The position numbers and the translations under genes are program-made. DNA of 64,000 nucleotides from Candidatus Nanohalarchaeota archaeon. Its GTDB lineage: Archaea; Nanohalarchaeota; Nanosalinia; Nanosalinales; JAFCCC01. Below the pieces are notes generated by a model, which saw nothing but the letters and a program-made list of their open reading frames with translations, did not search any database and was not told where the DNA came from. Where the stretch lies: positions 1 to 64,000 of the forward strand of contig JAFCCC010000002.1 of NCBI GenBank assembly GCA_017610385.1. Direction: 5' to 3'. Within the stretch, counting starts at the first letter, position 1. Each line of letters begins with the position of its first letter. This document shows positions 8,873-18,321 of this stretch, piece after piece.

Positions 8873-11120
8873 ATTAAAAAATTGGAAATCTCATTTCGAA
8901 ACAAAATTAGAATTTAAATCAGGAGTTAATGTTTTGGTTGGAGAAATGGGTTCAGGAAAATCTAGTGTATTAGAAGCGATTTCCTTTGCACTTTACGGAA
9001 CAACACCCGCAATTCAGAACAAATCTTTAAAACTGGAGAGTTTATTGCGGCGGGAACCCCAAAAAACAGATCAAGCGGATGTAGAACTTAGTTTTGAAAT
9101 TAGAGAAGATAAATATACTGTAAAAAGATCAATTAAGCGAAATAAAGGAACTTTCGAAGCAGAATTACGAAAAAATGGGATTTTGATTGAAAGTCCAAGT
9201 TCAAGAAAGGTGACAGATGAATTAGAAAAAATATTAAAAATGGATTTTGATTTATTTTCACGGGCAATTTATTCTGAACAAAATAATTTAGATTATTTTT
9301 TAAATTTGCGTGCTGGAGATCGAAAAAAGAAATTAGATGAACTTCTTAATTTAAACAAATTTTCCATTGCCCGTAAAACCGGAGTAACTTTATTAAATAA
9401 ACTTAAAACAAGCAGAGAAATAATTCTAGACAATCTTGCGAGAATTAAATTAGATAAAACTGCGTTTAATTTATTAGAATTAACAGAGGAAATTAAAAAT
9501 CTAAATGAAAAATCCATATATTTTTCTGAAAAATTAAATAAAACTGCAGAATTACGTAAAATCGTTAAAACAGAGCTAGACGCTCTTCAAAATAAAAAAA
9601 AGAATTTTATAAAATTTACTGAGAGGAATAACCAATTAAAAGGAGAATTACGTAGAATCAAAAGTCTTATAGATAGTGAATCAAAAAAAGGAAATATTTC
9701 TATGGATGAAATTAACTCCGAGAAACTTCAGAATCTTTTAGAGAATTTAAAAACGAAATTAGTGGATTTAAGAACTAAAAAAGAATTATTTATTTCTACT
9801 GAAAAGGAAATTTTAAAATTAGAAACTTTACTTAAACATACGCAAAATGAACTTAATGAATTCGAGAAAAATAAAGAAAAATTTGATGATTTCTATAAAA
9901 TTGCAGAAGAACTTGATTTGAAAGAAAAAGAACAAATTACCTTGAAAACTAAATGTGACAAAAATGAAAGTATTATTTCCGAGCTAAAAGAACACATTAC
10001 CCATTTGAAAGAAAATGAGAACTGTCCTTTGTGTTTAAGTGCCCTTACACCCGAAAGAAAAGAACAGGTTCTTAATGAAAAAAACATATTAATTTCTACT
10101 TTGATCAAAGAAAATGAACAGTCACGAATAACTCTTAGTGAACTTCAACAAACCATTTCCAAACTTCGCAATAGAAAAGATGATTTATTACAATTTAAAA
10201 CTGTGAAAAATAAGATTTCACAAAAAAAATCAGAAATTCAAGAACTTGTTAAAACTTTAGAGAAAATTACTCGCTCTTTCGAAGAACTTAAAAAAATCGT
10301 TCCTACCACTAATGAAACGGAATTAATATCAATTAAAAGAGTAGTAGAATTTAGGTTAAATGAATTAGACCTTGTGGATAAATTAAACTTTATTGATTCT
10401 AAATTGCGAGAATTAAATTATGATGAAATTATATTACAGAAAAAAACAGAAGAAAAATTTAATTTAGAAAAAGAATTTGAAGTTTTTAATTCTAAAAAAA
10501 ATTCATTGACTACTTTATTAATAGAAAAAAAACGTTATTTAGGTTTAATTAAAGAAAAAGAAACTCGTATCAAAGACCTTGAATCAAAATCAATTTTATA
10601 TCTTAAAAAAATTGAATTTATGAGCAAATTTATTACTTCTTTAGAAATTACTCAGACGGCATTAAGGATCCTTTTTGTAGATACAGTTAATCAGGTTATG
10701 CAAGATTTATGGGAGAAAATTTATCCATATCAGGATTATATTTCGATCAAATTAGAAGTTGACAAAGATTATGTTTTAAAATTAAAAAATTCAGTTGGTG
10801 ATTGGATTTCTGTAGAAGCAGAAGTTTCTGGAGGAGAAAGACATTCTGCTGCATTAGTTCTAAGAATTGCGTTTTCATTGATTCTAGCGCCAACTTTAAA
10901 GCTTCTGATTTTAGATGAGCCAACACATAACCTAGATGTTACAGCAATAACTAATTTAGCAGAGACTTTACGAACAAGGGTATCTAATCTTATTGATCAG
11001 ATTTTTATTGTAACTCACGAAGAGAGATTAGAAAGTGCTGTAACTGGAAATCTTTATAGATTTAATAAAAAAGAAACAGAAACTACATTAACAAAAGTTA
11101 CTAAGGTCGAATTTGATTAA
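8856..11120 (+). CDS. rad50: DNA double-strand break repair ATPase Rad50
   Basis: Walker A GEMGSGKSS, long coiled coil with Zn-hook CPLC, signature SGGE, LILDEPT, IVTH. Confidence 0.95.
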   Translation: MITKIKLKNWKSHFETKLEFKSGVNVLVGEMGSGKSSVLEAISFALYGTTPAIQNKSLKLESLLRREPQKTDQADVELSFEIREDKYTVKRSIKRNKGTFEAELRKNGILIESPSSRKVTDELEKILKMDFDLFSRAIYSEQNNLDYFLNLRAGDRKKKLDELLNLNKFSIARKTGVTLLNKLKTSREIILDNLARIKLDKTAFNLLELTEEIKNLNEKSIYFSEKLNKTAELRKIVKTELDALQNKKKNFIKFTERNNQLKGELRRIKSLIDSESKKGNISMDEINSEKLQNLLENLKTKLVDLRTKKELFISTEKEILKLETLLKHTQNELNEFEKNKEKFDDFYKIAEELDLKEKEQITLKTKCDKNESIISELKEHITHLKENENCPLCLSALTPERKEQVLNEKNILISTLIKENEQSRITLSELQQTISKLRNRKDDLLQFKTVKNKISQKKSEIQELVKTLEKITRSFEELKKIVPTTNETELISIKRVVEFRLNELDLVDKLNFIDSKLRELNYDEIILQKKTEEKFNLEKEFEVFNSKKNSLTTLLIEKKRYLGLIKEKETRIKDLESKSILYLKKIEFMSKFITSLEITQTALRILFVDTVNQVMQDLWEKIYPYQDYISIKLEVDKDYVLKLKNSVGDWISVEAEVSGGERHSAALVLRIAFSLILAPTLKLLILDEPTHNLDVTAITNLAETLRTRVSNLIDQIFIVTHEERLESAVTGNLYRFNKKETETTLTKVTKVEFD

Positions 11121-12054
11121 GACTTTCGGAGTTTAGAGGTCCGTATTTTGTTTCTATTTCCTTCCATGGACCTTGATATTGTTTAATTGTTTCTAAATAA
11201 GATGCGGAAATTGGCTTTCCGATATCTCTTGCAGCTTTACAGAGTTTTGTCAGATCGCTAGAACGATTTGCATGTTCATAAACCCGAACTGTACCCGCGA
11301 ATCCTAAGATATGTGCTAAAATCTGTAAATTATCAATTGTATCTTTTTCCATATTTGAATCATTAAATCGTTTTTTAATTCTATAACGATTAATTCCTTC
11401 TAAAACTGCACCACAATTTAATAGATAAACTTCTAAACCAGAATTTGTGGAATTTGTTTCCCACTGATTTAATAATTCGTCCCACGTTTTAGTTACCTCT
11501 AAACCCAGTTTAGTACAGGATTCTCTCGTATTCCAAAAATCATTTTCATAGCCTTGCACTACGTCTGCGTATCCTATTTGAGTAATCTGTAAAAACCCAA
11601 TTGCGTCGTCGGGTGATATAGATTCATGCAATGTAGGATCTAATGTTTCCAATTCCTTTTGTAATTGAGCCATTTGTAAGCTCCATGGTAAGTGAGTTAC
11701 TTCTAAGATGTTAGAAATTTGGTCAATGTATGGCCTGTCCCCCTGTTTCATTTGTTTTGAATACAATTGTTCATAAGCTAAATCTAATTTTATTTGAGCA
11801 CTATGTGTTAAACTCAATTGTATAGACTTTGGTGTTGGATTGACAGCACCACTCTCCGGGCGTTTCTCTTCTAGAAGCGAGTGAATTGTTTCAGAGGATA
11901 CTTGTTCTAGTGCCGTGCTTGAAATAACTACCTTGTTATTTCGATACAATGTTTCAGGACCGATTTCTTTAAAAGAATCTATAGCATATTTTATTCCAAT
12001 CGTGCCGAGCAGTAGTGCGGCCACAACCATAAAATATTTAAATGAATTAAACAT
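11101..12054 (-). CDS. membrane-anchored protein with lytic transglycosylase (SLT)/lysozyme-like motifs
   Basis: N-terminal TM; MAQLQKE...ISPDDAIGFLQIT resembles the SLT E...S..GA.GLMQI motif. Confidence 0.55.
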   Translation of the reverse strand: MFNSFKYFMVVAALLLGTIGIKYAIDSFKEIGPETLYRNNKVVISSTALEQVSSETIHSLLEEKRPESGAVNPTPKSIQLSLTHSAQIKLDLAYEQLYSKQMKQGDRPYIDQISNILEVTHLPWSLQMAQLQKELETLDPTLHESISPDDAIGFLQITQIGYADVVQGYENDFWNTRESCTKLGLEVTKTWDELLNQWETNSTNSGLEVYLLNCGAVLEGINRYRIKKRFNDSNMEKDTIDNLQILAHILGFAGTVRVYEHANRSSDLTKLCKAARDIGKPISASYLETIKQYQGPWKEIETKYGPLNSESLNQIRP

Positions 12055-12122
12055 ACTATTACCTAATAGTAGTAGTTATTTATACGTATTTATATGTTCT
12101 ACATTATACTTTGATTAGGGAA

Positions 12123-12752
12123 ATGAGAAAATATATTCCACCAAAAGATATGGTAGATATTGGTGTTTTTAGTATGCTAGTTTATTCGGAAGGTACTCAA
12201 CCGATTTTACTTCCAGAACTTGACCAAACTTCCAGAGAAATTATTTTGCTTGGTGAAGATGTACTTGACGCTTGGCAATGGTCTGAATTCCAATTAAAAC
12301 TTTTAAAACTCGGAATTCCACCAGATGTTGACTCAGGTGTTCTAGACTGCTTCAATCGCAAGTATTCTATACGACAAATATTTCCTTCAAGAAATAAACT
12401 TAAAATAGGTACTATGCAAGATGTTGATTCACGATTGACTCGTGTAATAAAACGGCGAGGAAGAGGGAGCACATCATCCATCGTACTTCATTTGGATTTT
12501 GAAGATCTCGTAGATTATTCTATTGCTGGAGATAACGAATTAAGTGATTACGATAGACTTAAACTACGAACTGAACAAATTCCGCCGTATGCAGGCGAAG
12601 AAATTTTACGAACTCGTTTGGAACGCCAAGATTCCAAATTACATAAGGATTTAGAGCAAAATGAATTAGATAAAATACTCCAAGCAGTCTCTGAAAGGTC
12701 TAATAGCGCATATAAAATAATTGTAAGACCATTTGATCCAGTAAAAGATTAA
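12123..12752 (+). CDS. hypothetical protein (ORFan-like)
   Basis: ~210-aa ORF, TATA-like TTTATA upstream; no motif recognised. Confidence 0.7.
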   Translation: MRKYIPPKDMVDIGVFSMLVYSEGTQPILLPELDQTSREIILLGEDVLDAWQWSEFQLKLLKLGIPPDVDSGVLDCFNRKYSIRQIFPSRNKLKIGTMQDVDSRLTRVIKRRGRGSTSSIVLHLDFEDLVDYSIAGDNELSDYDRLKLRTEQIPPYAGEEILRTRLERQDSKLHKDLEQNELDKILQAVSERSNSAYKIIVRPFDPVKD

Positions 12753-12844
12753 TGTCACTTCTTAAAAAAACTACGTGGATAATACCTCCCAAAGTTAATA
12801 GGATTACTTAAATTGTTTTATACCTTGGACGTCAAAGTCTAATT

Positions 12845-13600
12845 ATGAATATTTTTAATGAATTTGAAGTTCTTGAACCATATCCTGCAATTTATATTAA
12901 ATCTATTAATGCAGTAGTAATTTCTGATTTGTATTTGGGTTTAGTTGAATTACTAACTGATTCTGATGTTTTATTTCCAAAATTTCAATTAACTGAAATT
13001 AAAGAAAACTTAGAAATCATTTTTTCTGAGAAAAAACCACGTATGCTAATTATTACAGGAGATATTAAAAATGAATTCTCTAAAATCACCTGGCTGGAGC
13101 AAAAGGAGCTTTTAGATTTTTTAGATTTTTTATCAGAAACTTTAAAAGAAATTATTATTTTAAAGGGAAATCATGATAATTATTTTCTTTCTATAATATC
13201 ACATTATCCGAAAATTCAATTAAAACCTGAGTTGGTTATTAAGAAAATGTGTTTTATTCAGGGAAACCAAAAAAATTTAGATATTTCTAAATTTAATGTA
13301 GACTATTTTATTATTGGAAATGAACACGTTATTATCTCTTCTAAAAACAAATCAGATATGCAGGAAAAGATCCCTTGTTTTTTATATGGCGAATTAATTT
13401 CTGGTGAGAAACTCATGATTCTCCCAACATTTTCCAAATTATCACGAAATATAACAATGAATTTAATGTCACAAAAAGATCTCTTGGACCCACTATTATG
13501 AAAATGTCTATATTTGAATAAATTGAACGTTGTAGGTCTTTCTAAAGAATTAGGACTAATGGAATTGGGAAGATTAGGTAAACTTCGTCAGATTTCGTGA
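12845..13600 (+). pseudogene. degenerate calcineurin-like metallophosphoesterase with in-frame TGA
   Basis: Motifs ISDLYLG, GDIKNE, GNHD, IQGN, GNEHV, LPTFS with several His ligands replaced; TGA at 13499-13501 followed by 32 in-frame sense codons that look like the family C-terminus (VVGLSKELGLMELGRLGKLR) to TGA at 13600. Confidence 0.75.
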
Positions 13601-13755
13601 ACTACGCTGGTGTTCTTTTTAATTCTGTCTTCTCTAAGTTTTTTGAGCGTTTTAATCTTTAATTTTTCTTTTAATTCTTTATAACGGAATATATCTAAGT
13701 CATTTTGATTTTTATGTTCTTTTTTGGGTGCTAATAGGTCCTTTGTAAGTGCCAT
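13588..13755 (-). CDS. small basic hypothetical protein (55 aa)
   Basis: Manual translation MALTKDLLAPKKEHKNQNDLDIFRYKELKEKLKIKTLKKLREDRIKKNTSVVHEI; TTTAAA TATA-like element ~25 nt upstream. Confidence 0.5.
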   Translation of the reverse strand: MALTKDLLAPKKEHKNQNDLDIFRYKELKEKLKIKTLKKLREDRIKKNTSVVHEI

Positions 13756-13871
13756 AATATAAACTTCGTCCGAATCTTTAAAACTATACTTTAATCGACA
13801 AGAGTAAGTAATATAAACCTGCCTTTACAAAATATGTATAATTACTCTTTAAGATTTAAGAGGTGTATTTT

Positions 13872-14225
13872 ATGGTATTAATTCCAGAAAAGGTAGATAA
13901 AGATAACTTAGCATTTCCACACGCAAGAATTGTGAATATGGTTCGTTCAAAGACGAGAGAAGGTCAATTTGTTCGGAAAGATGTGTATGTAGGATTAAAT
14001 TTGATCCTAAAGATGGTGGCTGAGGAGATTATTAATGAAATGGTTAAGACAGAAAATGCGTTTATAAATAAAACCGATCTTGATCTCGCAGCACAGAAGT
14101 TTGAAAATGTGGAGTTAATTCTCAAAGAAAAACAAAGAATTATTGCACATTTATTGGCTCTGAAGGAAGATGTCGATAAATTAGTAAGAGATTTAGAGAG
14201 AGCAGAAATCGCTCCTCATATTTAA
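13872..14225 (+). CDS. histone-fold protein with C-terminal coiled coil (coiled-coil histone-like)
   Basis: LAFPHARIVNMVR...VRKDV...LNLILKMVAEEII...INKTDLDLA histone-fold pattern, then heptad helix; GAGGTG Shine-Dalgarno upstream. Confidence 0.65.
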   Translation: MVLIPEKVDKDNLAFPHARIVNMVRSKTREGQFVRKDVYVGLNLILKMVAEEIINEMVKTENAFINKTDLDLAAQKFENVELILKEKQRIIAHLLALKEDVDKLVRDLERAEIAPHI

Positions 14226-14236
14226 TCTTTTCGTAT

Positions 14237-14503
14237 TTATCTTGTAATTCTTGGATCTTTCCAATTTTTTTCATGAACGAAAAATCCATCAGGATTTTTT
14301 GCAATAACATATTCTGTTTGACCACAAGTAACAATTAATTTGTCTTCGCAGAAGGTTAGATTTTTTCTATTCTGACAGATTGCTTCTGTTCTAATATGAA
14401 AATCTTCTTTACCGAGCTCCTGTTTTCTTGCGATAATAGCTAGCATAAATAAAATAACTAAAATCACAAACAGAAGAACATTCGCAGAACTTGCTTTTTT
14501 CAT
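14237..14503 (-). CDS. small membrane-anchored hypothetical protein
   Basis: N-terminal TM then a short domain with three Cys. Confidence 0.65.
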   Translation of the reverse strand: MKKASSANVLLFVILVILFMLAIIARKQELGKEDFHIRTEAICQNRKNLTFCEDKLIVTCGQTEYVIAKNPDGFFVHEKNWKDPRITR

Positions 14504-14527
14504 AAAACTATTTTATCTTTACTTTTT

Positions 14528-14710
14528 TTATACTGAATTGTCAAGTTCTAGTATTATTTGAGGAAAAGATATGGGCCAAAAGATTGTTGTATTTGAAATG
14601 TCATCACTTACGCAAGTATATGACGGGAGTAATTTTCCAGTAAATTCTAGTGAATTTGCAGAAGGACCGCCTACTTCCGTGTAGGTAGAGGTTCTAGAAT
14701 CATAAGGCAT
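14528..14710 (-). CDS. hypothetical protein (60 aa)
   Basis: Fills the gap between co-oriented genes; AT-rich TATA-like element upstream; no motif. Confidence 0.35.
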   Translation of the reverse strand: MPYDSRTSTYTEVGGPSANSLEFTGKLLPSYTCVSDDISNTTIFWPISFPQIILELDNSV

Positions 14711-14746
14711 AATTCTTTAATTAAACTTAATTTTTATATATTTATT

Positions 14747-15160
14747 TCAAGAGTGGGGTGTTTTTTTGATTCCCATCAGAATTATTTTAATTTCATCTAA
14801 GTCTTTTTGTATATTCTGAATTTCACGTTCTGATTTTCTGTTGATTGTATAATCGTACTTTGCATTTATTCTGTCTCTTTGTGTTTGTCTATTTTGGCTC
14901 ATTAAGATGACTGGTGCTTGTACTGCTGCTAAACACGATAAAACTAGATTTAATAAAATGAATGGGTAAGGATCCCATGTATTAATCCATGCATAAACAT
15001 TAGTAGCCATCCAAAGGACAAGAAAAATCATGAATCCAATGATAAAGCCCCAACTTCCAGCATAGGTGGATACAGCATCTGCTGCTCTTTGACCAAAAGT
15101 TAAATCTCCTCTTAGATTGGGGTGGCCTTCTTTTTTTTCTGTAGGATCTTTTATTATCAT
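14747..15160 (-). CDS. DUF1003 family membrane protein
   Basis: TFGQRAAD...GSWGFI, WDPYPFILLNLVLSCLAAVQAPVILMSQNRQ. Confidence 0.95.
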   Translation of the reverse strand: MIIKDPTEKKEGHPNLRGDLTFGQRAADAVSTYAGSWGFIIGFMIFLVLWMATNVYAWINTWDPYPFILLNLVLSCLAAVQAPVILMSQNRQTQRDRINAKYDYTINRKSEREIQNIQKDLDEIKIILMGIKKTPHS

Positions 15161-15216
15161 ATACTTAACTTAGTTCTTATTCATAAAATAGTTTTCTATA
15201 AACTAAGTAAAATATG

Positions 15217-15267
15217 CAAGAATAATTTAATTTAGCAAACTATTCAAGAATAATTCGATTTAGTAAA
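15217..15267. repeat. imperfect direct repeat (20/23, 28-bp period) duplicating the nreA 3' end
   Basis: caagaataatttaatttagcaaa (15217-15239) vs caagaataattcgatttagtaaa (15245-15267). Confidence 0.7.
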
Positions 15268-16476
15268 AGAAGTTAGTTTCGTCTGAGTCTTTTTATTTTC
15301 TAGTAATTTGCTCTTTTTAATCCAATGAGTTAAGGAAATATGCATTCTAGAATTGATTTTATTTAAGGATTCTTGCATGGATGAGAATCGTTCTGGTTTT
15401 GTTTTCAAAGCACCACGGCAGGTTTCTCTCATTTGCCAGATACCTAATGGCAAGAAATATGAGGGTAGAATCTCTCTAAAAATTAGAATTGAACCTTGTC
15501 TTTTAATTCGGTTTAAGTATTCTAGACAAGATAATCTTCCAGTATAAAAAGCCCCTGCAGTATGCTCTGCGTATTTTGAACGACCCCAATATGGCTCATA
15601 ATCACTAAATGCATTTAATTTATATTTTCCTATTTTATGAAAATTTTTAGGCAGCCATAATTCAGTTAATTCATATTCATATGTATCTGGAATAAACAAA
15701 ATTTCATAATGATTTCCAATATATGTTGTATGGAAAACTAAAAATTCCTCTAATTTTTGGTATCGTCGTACTTGTTCTCTTAATTTTTTGCCTATTATAT
15801 CATCAATAGCCGTTATAGAAAATCGAGTAGGCACCATTCTTCTCTGCGTTTTTATGCCAAGTAGACCTACTGAAAGAATTCTCATTAACTTGTTAATATC
15901 TATTCCTTCTTTGTAGAGTTTAAATACCCCTTCCACCGCTTTTAAATCATAATCGTCAACTGTTTTTTCTAAGTTCGTCGGAATGTGAACATTTTCAGTA
16001 ATTTCCACTTTTTTTAATTCTGCTGGCGTTCCAACTGGAGCATTATAACGATTAAATAAAATATTTAAATTTGGTTTCTTTTTTAAGGAAAATTCTGTGT
16101 CTGGAGTTCTTTTTGCCATGGCAACTTCTTGAGCAATTTCAATAAAATTTCCCTTCGGATTTTTAACATTAATTTGAATTTTTGGATTAATTAACCCAGT
16201 TCTTTTTTCTACAATTTGAAGAATATTAAATTTTTCTTTAAACCAGAGTTTTGGAGAATCTGTCTGCCACGCTGTTTTATCTATTTCTGCTGGTGCTAAA
16301 ATGCCCATACTCACATTGGGATAATTGAATCTGCCGATAAATGGCGTTACACTAGAACCAAAAAAATCTGTTTTAATTTTTTCAATGGGATTGGCCGCTT
16401 TAATTAAACGATTCATTAACCATTTATGTTCTTTGCATCCTCTTTTTCTACAAATTAAACAAATTGGTTCAACCAT
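15244..16476 (-). CDS. nreA: DNA repair protein NreA (Nre family)
   Basis: N-terminal CxxC, FIGRFNYPNV, LSVGLLG...RRMVPTRFSITAIDD, YFLPLGIWQMRE, C-terminal PIP box QTKLTSF; start at ATG 16476. Confidence 0.93.
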   Translation of the reverse strand: MVEPICLICRKRGCKEHKWLMNRLIKAANPIEKIKTDFFGSSVTPFIGRFNYPNVSMGILAPAEIDKTAWQTDSPKLWFKEKFNILQIVEKRTGLINPKIQINVKNPKGNFIEIAQEVAMAKRTPDTEFSLKKKPNLNILFNRYNAPVGTPAELKKVEITENVHIPTNLEKTVDDYDLKAVEGVFKLYKEGIDINKLMRILSVGLLGIKTQRRMVPTRFSITAIDDIIGKKLREQVRRYQKLEEFLVFHTTYIGNHYEILFIPDTYEYELTELWLPKNFHKIGKYKLNAFSDYEPYWGRSKYAEHTAGAFYTGRLSCLEYLNRIKRQGSILIFREILPSYFLPLGIWQMRETCRGALKTKPERFSSMQESLNKINSRMHISLTHWIKKSKLLENKKTQTKLTSFTKSNYS

Positions 16477-16680
16477 AACTACAGTACATAAATGAAATGT
16501 TAAATTCATTATTGCAAGGACGTTTTTGAAATGCCCATTGTAAATTTGATTCATCCAAAAAACAACTGGTTCAGTGAAGCACTTTCAGAATTTCCTTCGA
16601 AAGAAGGTTGCGCGGTTATTTAAAAATATTCTTTTAACATTTTTACTTTAAAAATACTAACTTCATCAAAAAATAGCAAT

Positions 16681-16713
16681 AAAAAGAGGTTGTCAACCAA
16701 TTAGTTGGAACCC
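16681..16713 (-). terminator. hairpin plus U-tract terminator after the zinc-finger membrane gene
   Basis: Minus strand GGGTTCCAACTAATTGGTTGACAACCTC followed by TTTTT directly after the stop codon. Confidence 0.5.
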
Positions 16714-17079
16714 TTAGTGAGCTCTTGCTTGATGGATTTTCAAACCTCTTTCTGATTTGAATTCTCTTCCGCAAATAGCACATACGAAATTGGTCTTTTG
16801 GGATTTTCCCACAGCGGCTCTGATTTCTTCTGTCTGTGTTCGTTTTGGTTTTGCGCGAGTCACTTCTTTTGCGTCTTTTTTGATTCTTAATTCATCTGCT
16901 TCTAACCAAACGATGAATAAACCCAGTAAGAATATGAAGACTCCGAAAAATCCTTTGAATAGTAGAACAAATGCTTGCCAGTTCATTAAACTTGTACCTA
17001 GAGCAAGATTTACAAAATACCAATAAATACCGCCTATTACGAAAATAGTTCCAAGTAATATTTTAAGTATTGCTTTCAT
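16714..17079 (-). CDS. 2-TM membrane protein with C-terminal C2H2 zinc finger
   Basis: Two TM helices; FVCAICGREFKSERGLKIHQARAH. Confidence 0.85.
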   Translation of the reverse strand: MKAILKILLGTIFVIGGIYWYFVNLALGTSLMNWQAFVLLFKGFFGVFIFLLGLFIVWLEADELRIKKDAKEVTRAKPKRTQTEEIRAAVGKSQKTNFVCAICGREFKSERGLKIHQARAH

Positions 17080-17118
17080 TGTAATTCCTTAATAGTGAAG
17101 AAAAGTATAAATACTTTC

Positions 17119-17526
17119 CTATGACGCCTGAAATACACAGCCGCTCACTGTAGAAAGGTTTTCAAAAGTCAGAAATCCAGTATGTTTTTCACCATTTATT
17201 AACCACGTGGGCAGATTAACAACACCAACTGCAGCACACTCATCCTTTAACTCATCACAATTTCTAAAGTCTATTAAATCCAAAGAATTTCCAAACAGCT
17301 TTTTTTGTTCTTTGCACGTTGGGCACCAATTTGTTCCATAGAAAATAACATTTTTACTGGTTAAACAATTCGCAAACTCATCATAATTTCCTTTTGGTGC
17401 AAATGGTTTGAAAATAAAAAAAACTAGAATTATAACCGCAAGTAGTACTAAGGCCGCACTGAAAATATTGACAGATTTTTTAGACTTTTTTCCTTCTTTA
17501 CTTGATTCTTTTACTTCCACTTGCAA
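17119..17526 (-). CDS. membrane-anchored thioredoxin-like protein
   Basis: TM then FANCL, FYGTNWCPTCKEQKKLFG, C...GV..LPTWLING. Confidence 0.85.
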   Translation of the reverse strand: MQVEVKESSKEGKKSKKSVNIFSAALVLLAVIILVFFIFKPFAPKGNYDEFANCLTSKNVIFYGTNWCPTCKEQKKLFGNSLDLIDFRNCDELKDECAAVGVVNLPTWLINGEKHTGFLTFENLSTVSGCVFQAS

Positions 17527-17564
17527 AAATTTGTTATAGATCTATATATCGCTTCTCTTTGATT

Positions 17565-18191
17565 CTATTTTAATACTTTTCCAGTTTCCATGAACCACAA
17601 ATATAAATCTAGTTCAGCTAAATTCAGGTTTGATTCTTTCCCTACTTTTTCTAAGACCTGTTCGATTTCCAAATATTTCTTTTTAGTAATTGTTTTAGGC
17701 CGCCCAATTAAATCTTCTTTTACTAATAAATCCACAATATGAAAATCAATTATTGCCAAATTCTTATATCCCACATTTCTTAAAAAATGACTACTTTCTT
17801 TCATTCCTAATCCTTTTACATTATTAACAAGCCAGTTTCTAAGCTCTTTTTCGTTTTCAAATGATTTTAGAGTTTCTTTTAGAGTAGATATATGTTTTCT
17901 GGCGTCTAAAATATACTTCGCTCTATTATTAGGAAATCTATGACCAAACTCTTTTAATTTTTTTATCAATTCATTTTTTTCTAATGTCAGAAATCCCCCT
18001 CGAATTTCTTCTTGTATGATAATACTTTTGGCTGCATTAAAATTAGCAGTCAATAAGCAAAATGATAGTTCTTGAAACAAATCTTTATTTTCTCTTTTTT
18101 GAAATTGCTCAAATTCATTAATTCTATTTCTAATAGTTTCAGAAATTTCAGACTTTTTTAGTTCTTCTAATTTTTCAACTAACTTTTTCAT
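17565..18191 (-). CDS. ogg: 8-oxoguanine N-glycosylase/DNA lyase (Ogg2 type)
   Basis: ELSFCLLTAN, GHRFPNNRAKYI, VKGLGMKESSHFLRNVG, AIIDFHI, LDLYLWFMETGKVLK. Confidence 0.95.
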   Translation of the reverse strand: MKKLVEKLEELKKSEISETIRNRINEFEQFQKRENKDLFQELSFCLLTANFNAAKSIIIQEEIRGGFLTLEKNELIKKLKEFGHRFPNNRAKYILDARKHISTLKETLKSFENEKELRNWLVNNVKGLGMKESSHFLRNVGYKNLAIIDFHIVDLLVKEDLIGRPKTITKKKYLEIEQVLEKVGKESNLNLAELDLYLWFMETGKVLK

Positions 18192-18321
18192 AAACATCTC
18201 CCACAAACATGAAAACCAAAATCAAATATCGAAATTATAAATGAGTTAAAACACATATTTTGTGTGTTTCTATATCACTCTATTATTGAAAATATAAAAA
18301 TACAAATATGAAATAATTCTT

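Noticed and set aside
13499-13501. TGA recoding (selenocysteine or alternative genetic code)
   Set aside because: TGA terminates clear genes in this window (rnz, nreA, rbr, rnp3); the position is not a catalytic Cys site and no SECIS-like hairpin was recognised
16594-16607. CCTTC-GAAA-GAAGG tetraloop hairpin upstream of nreA as an ncRNA
   Set aside because: Isolated 5-bp stem with no C/D boxes or further structure
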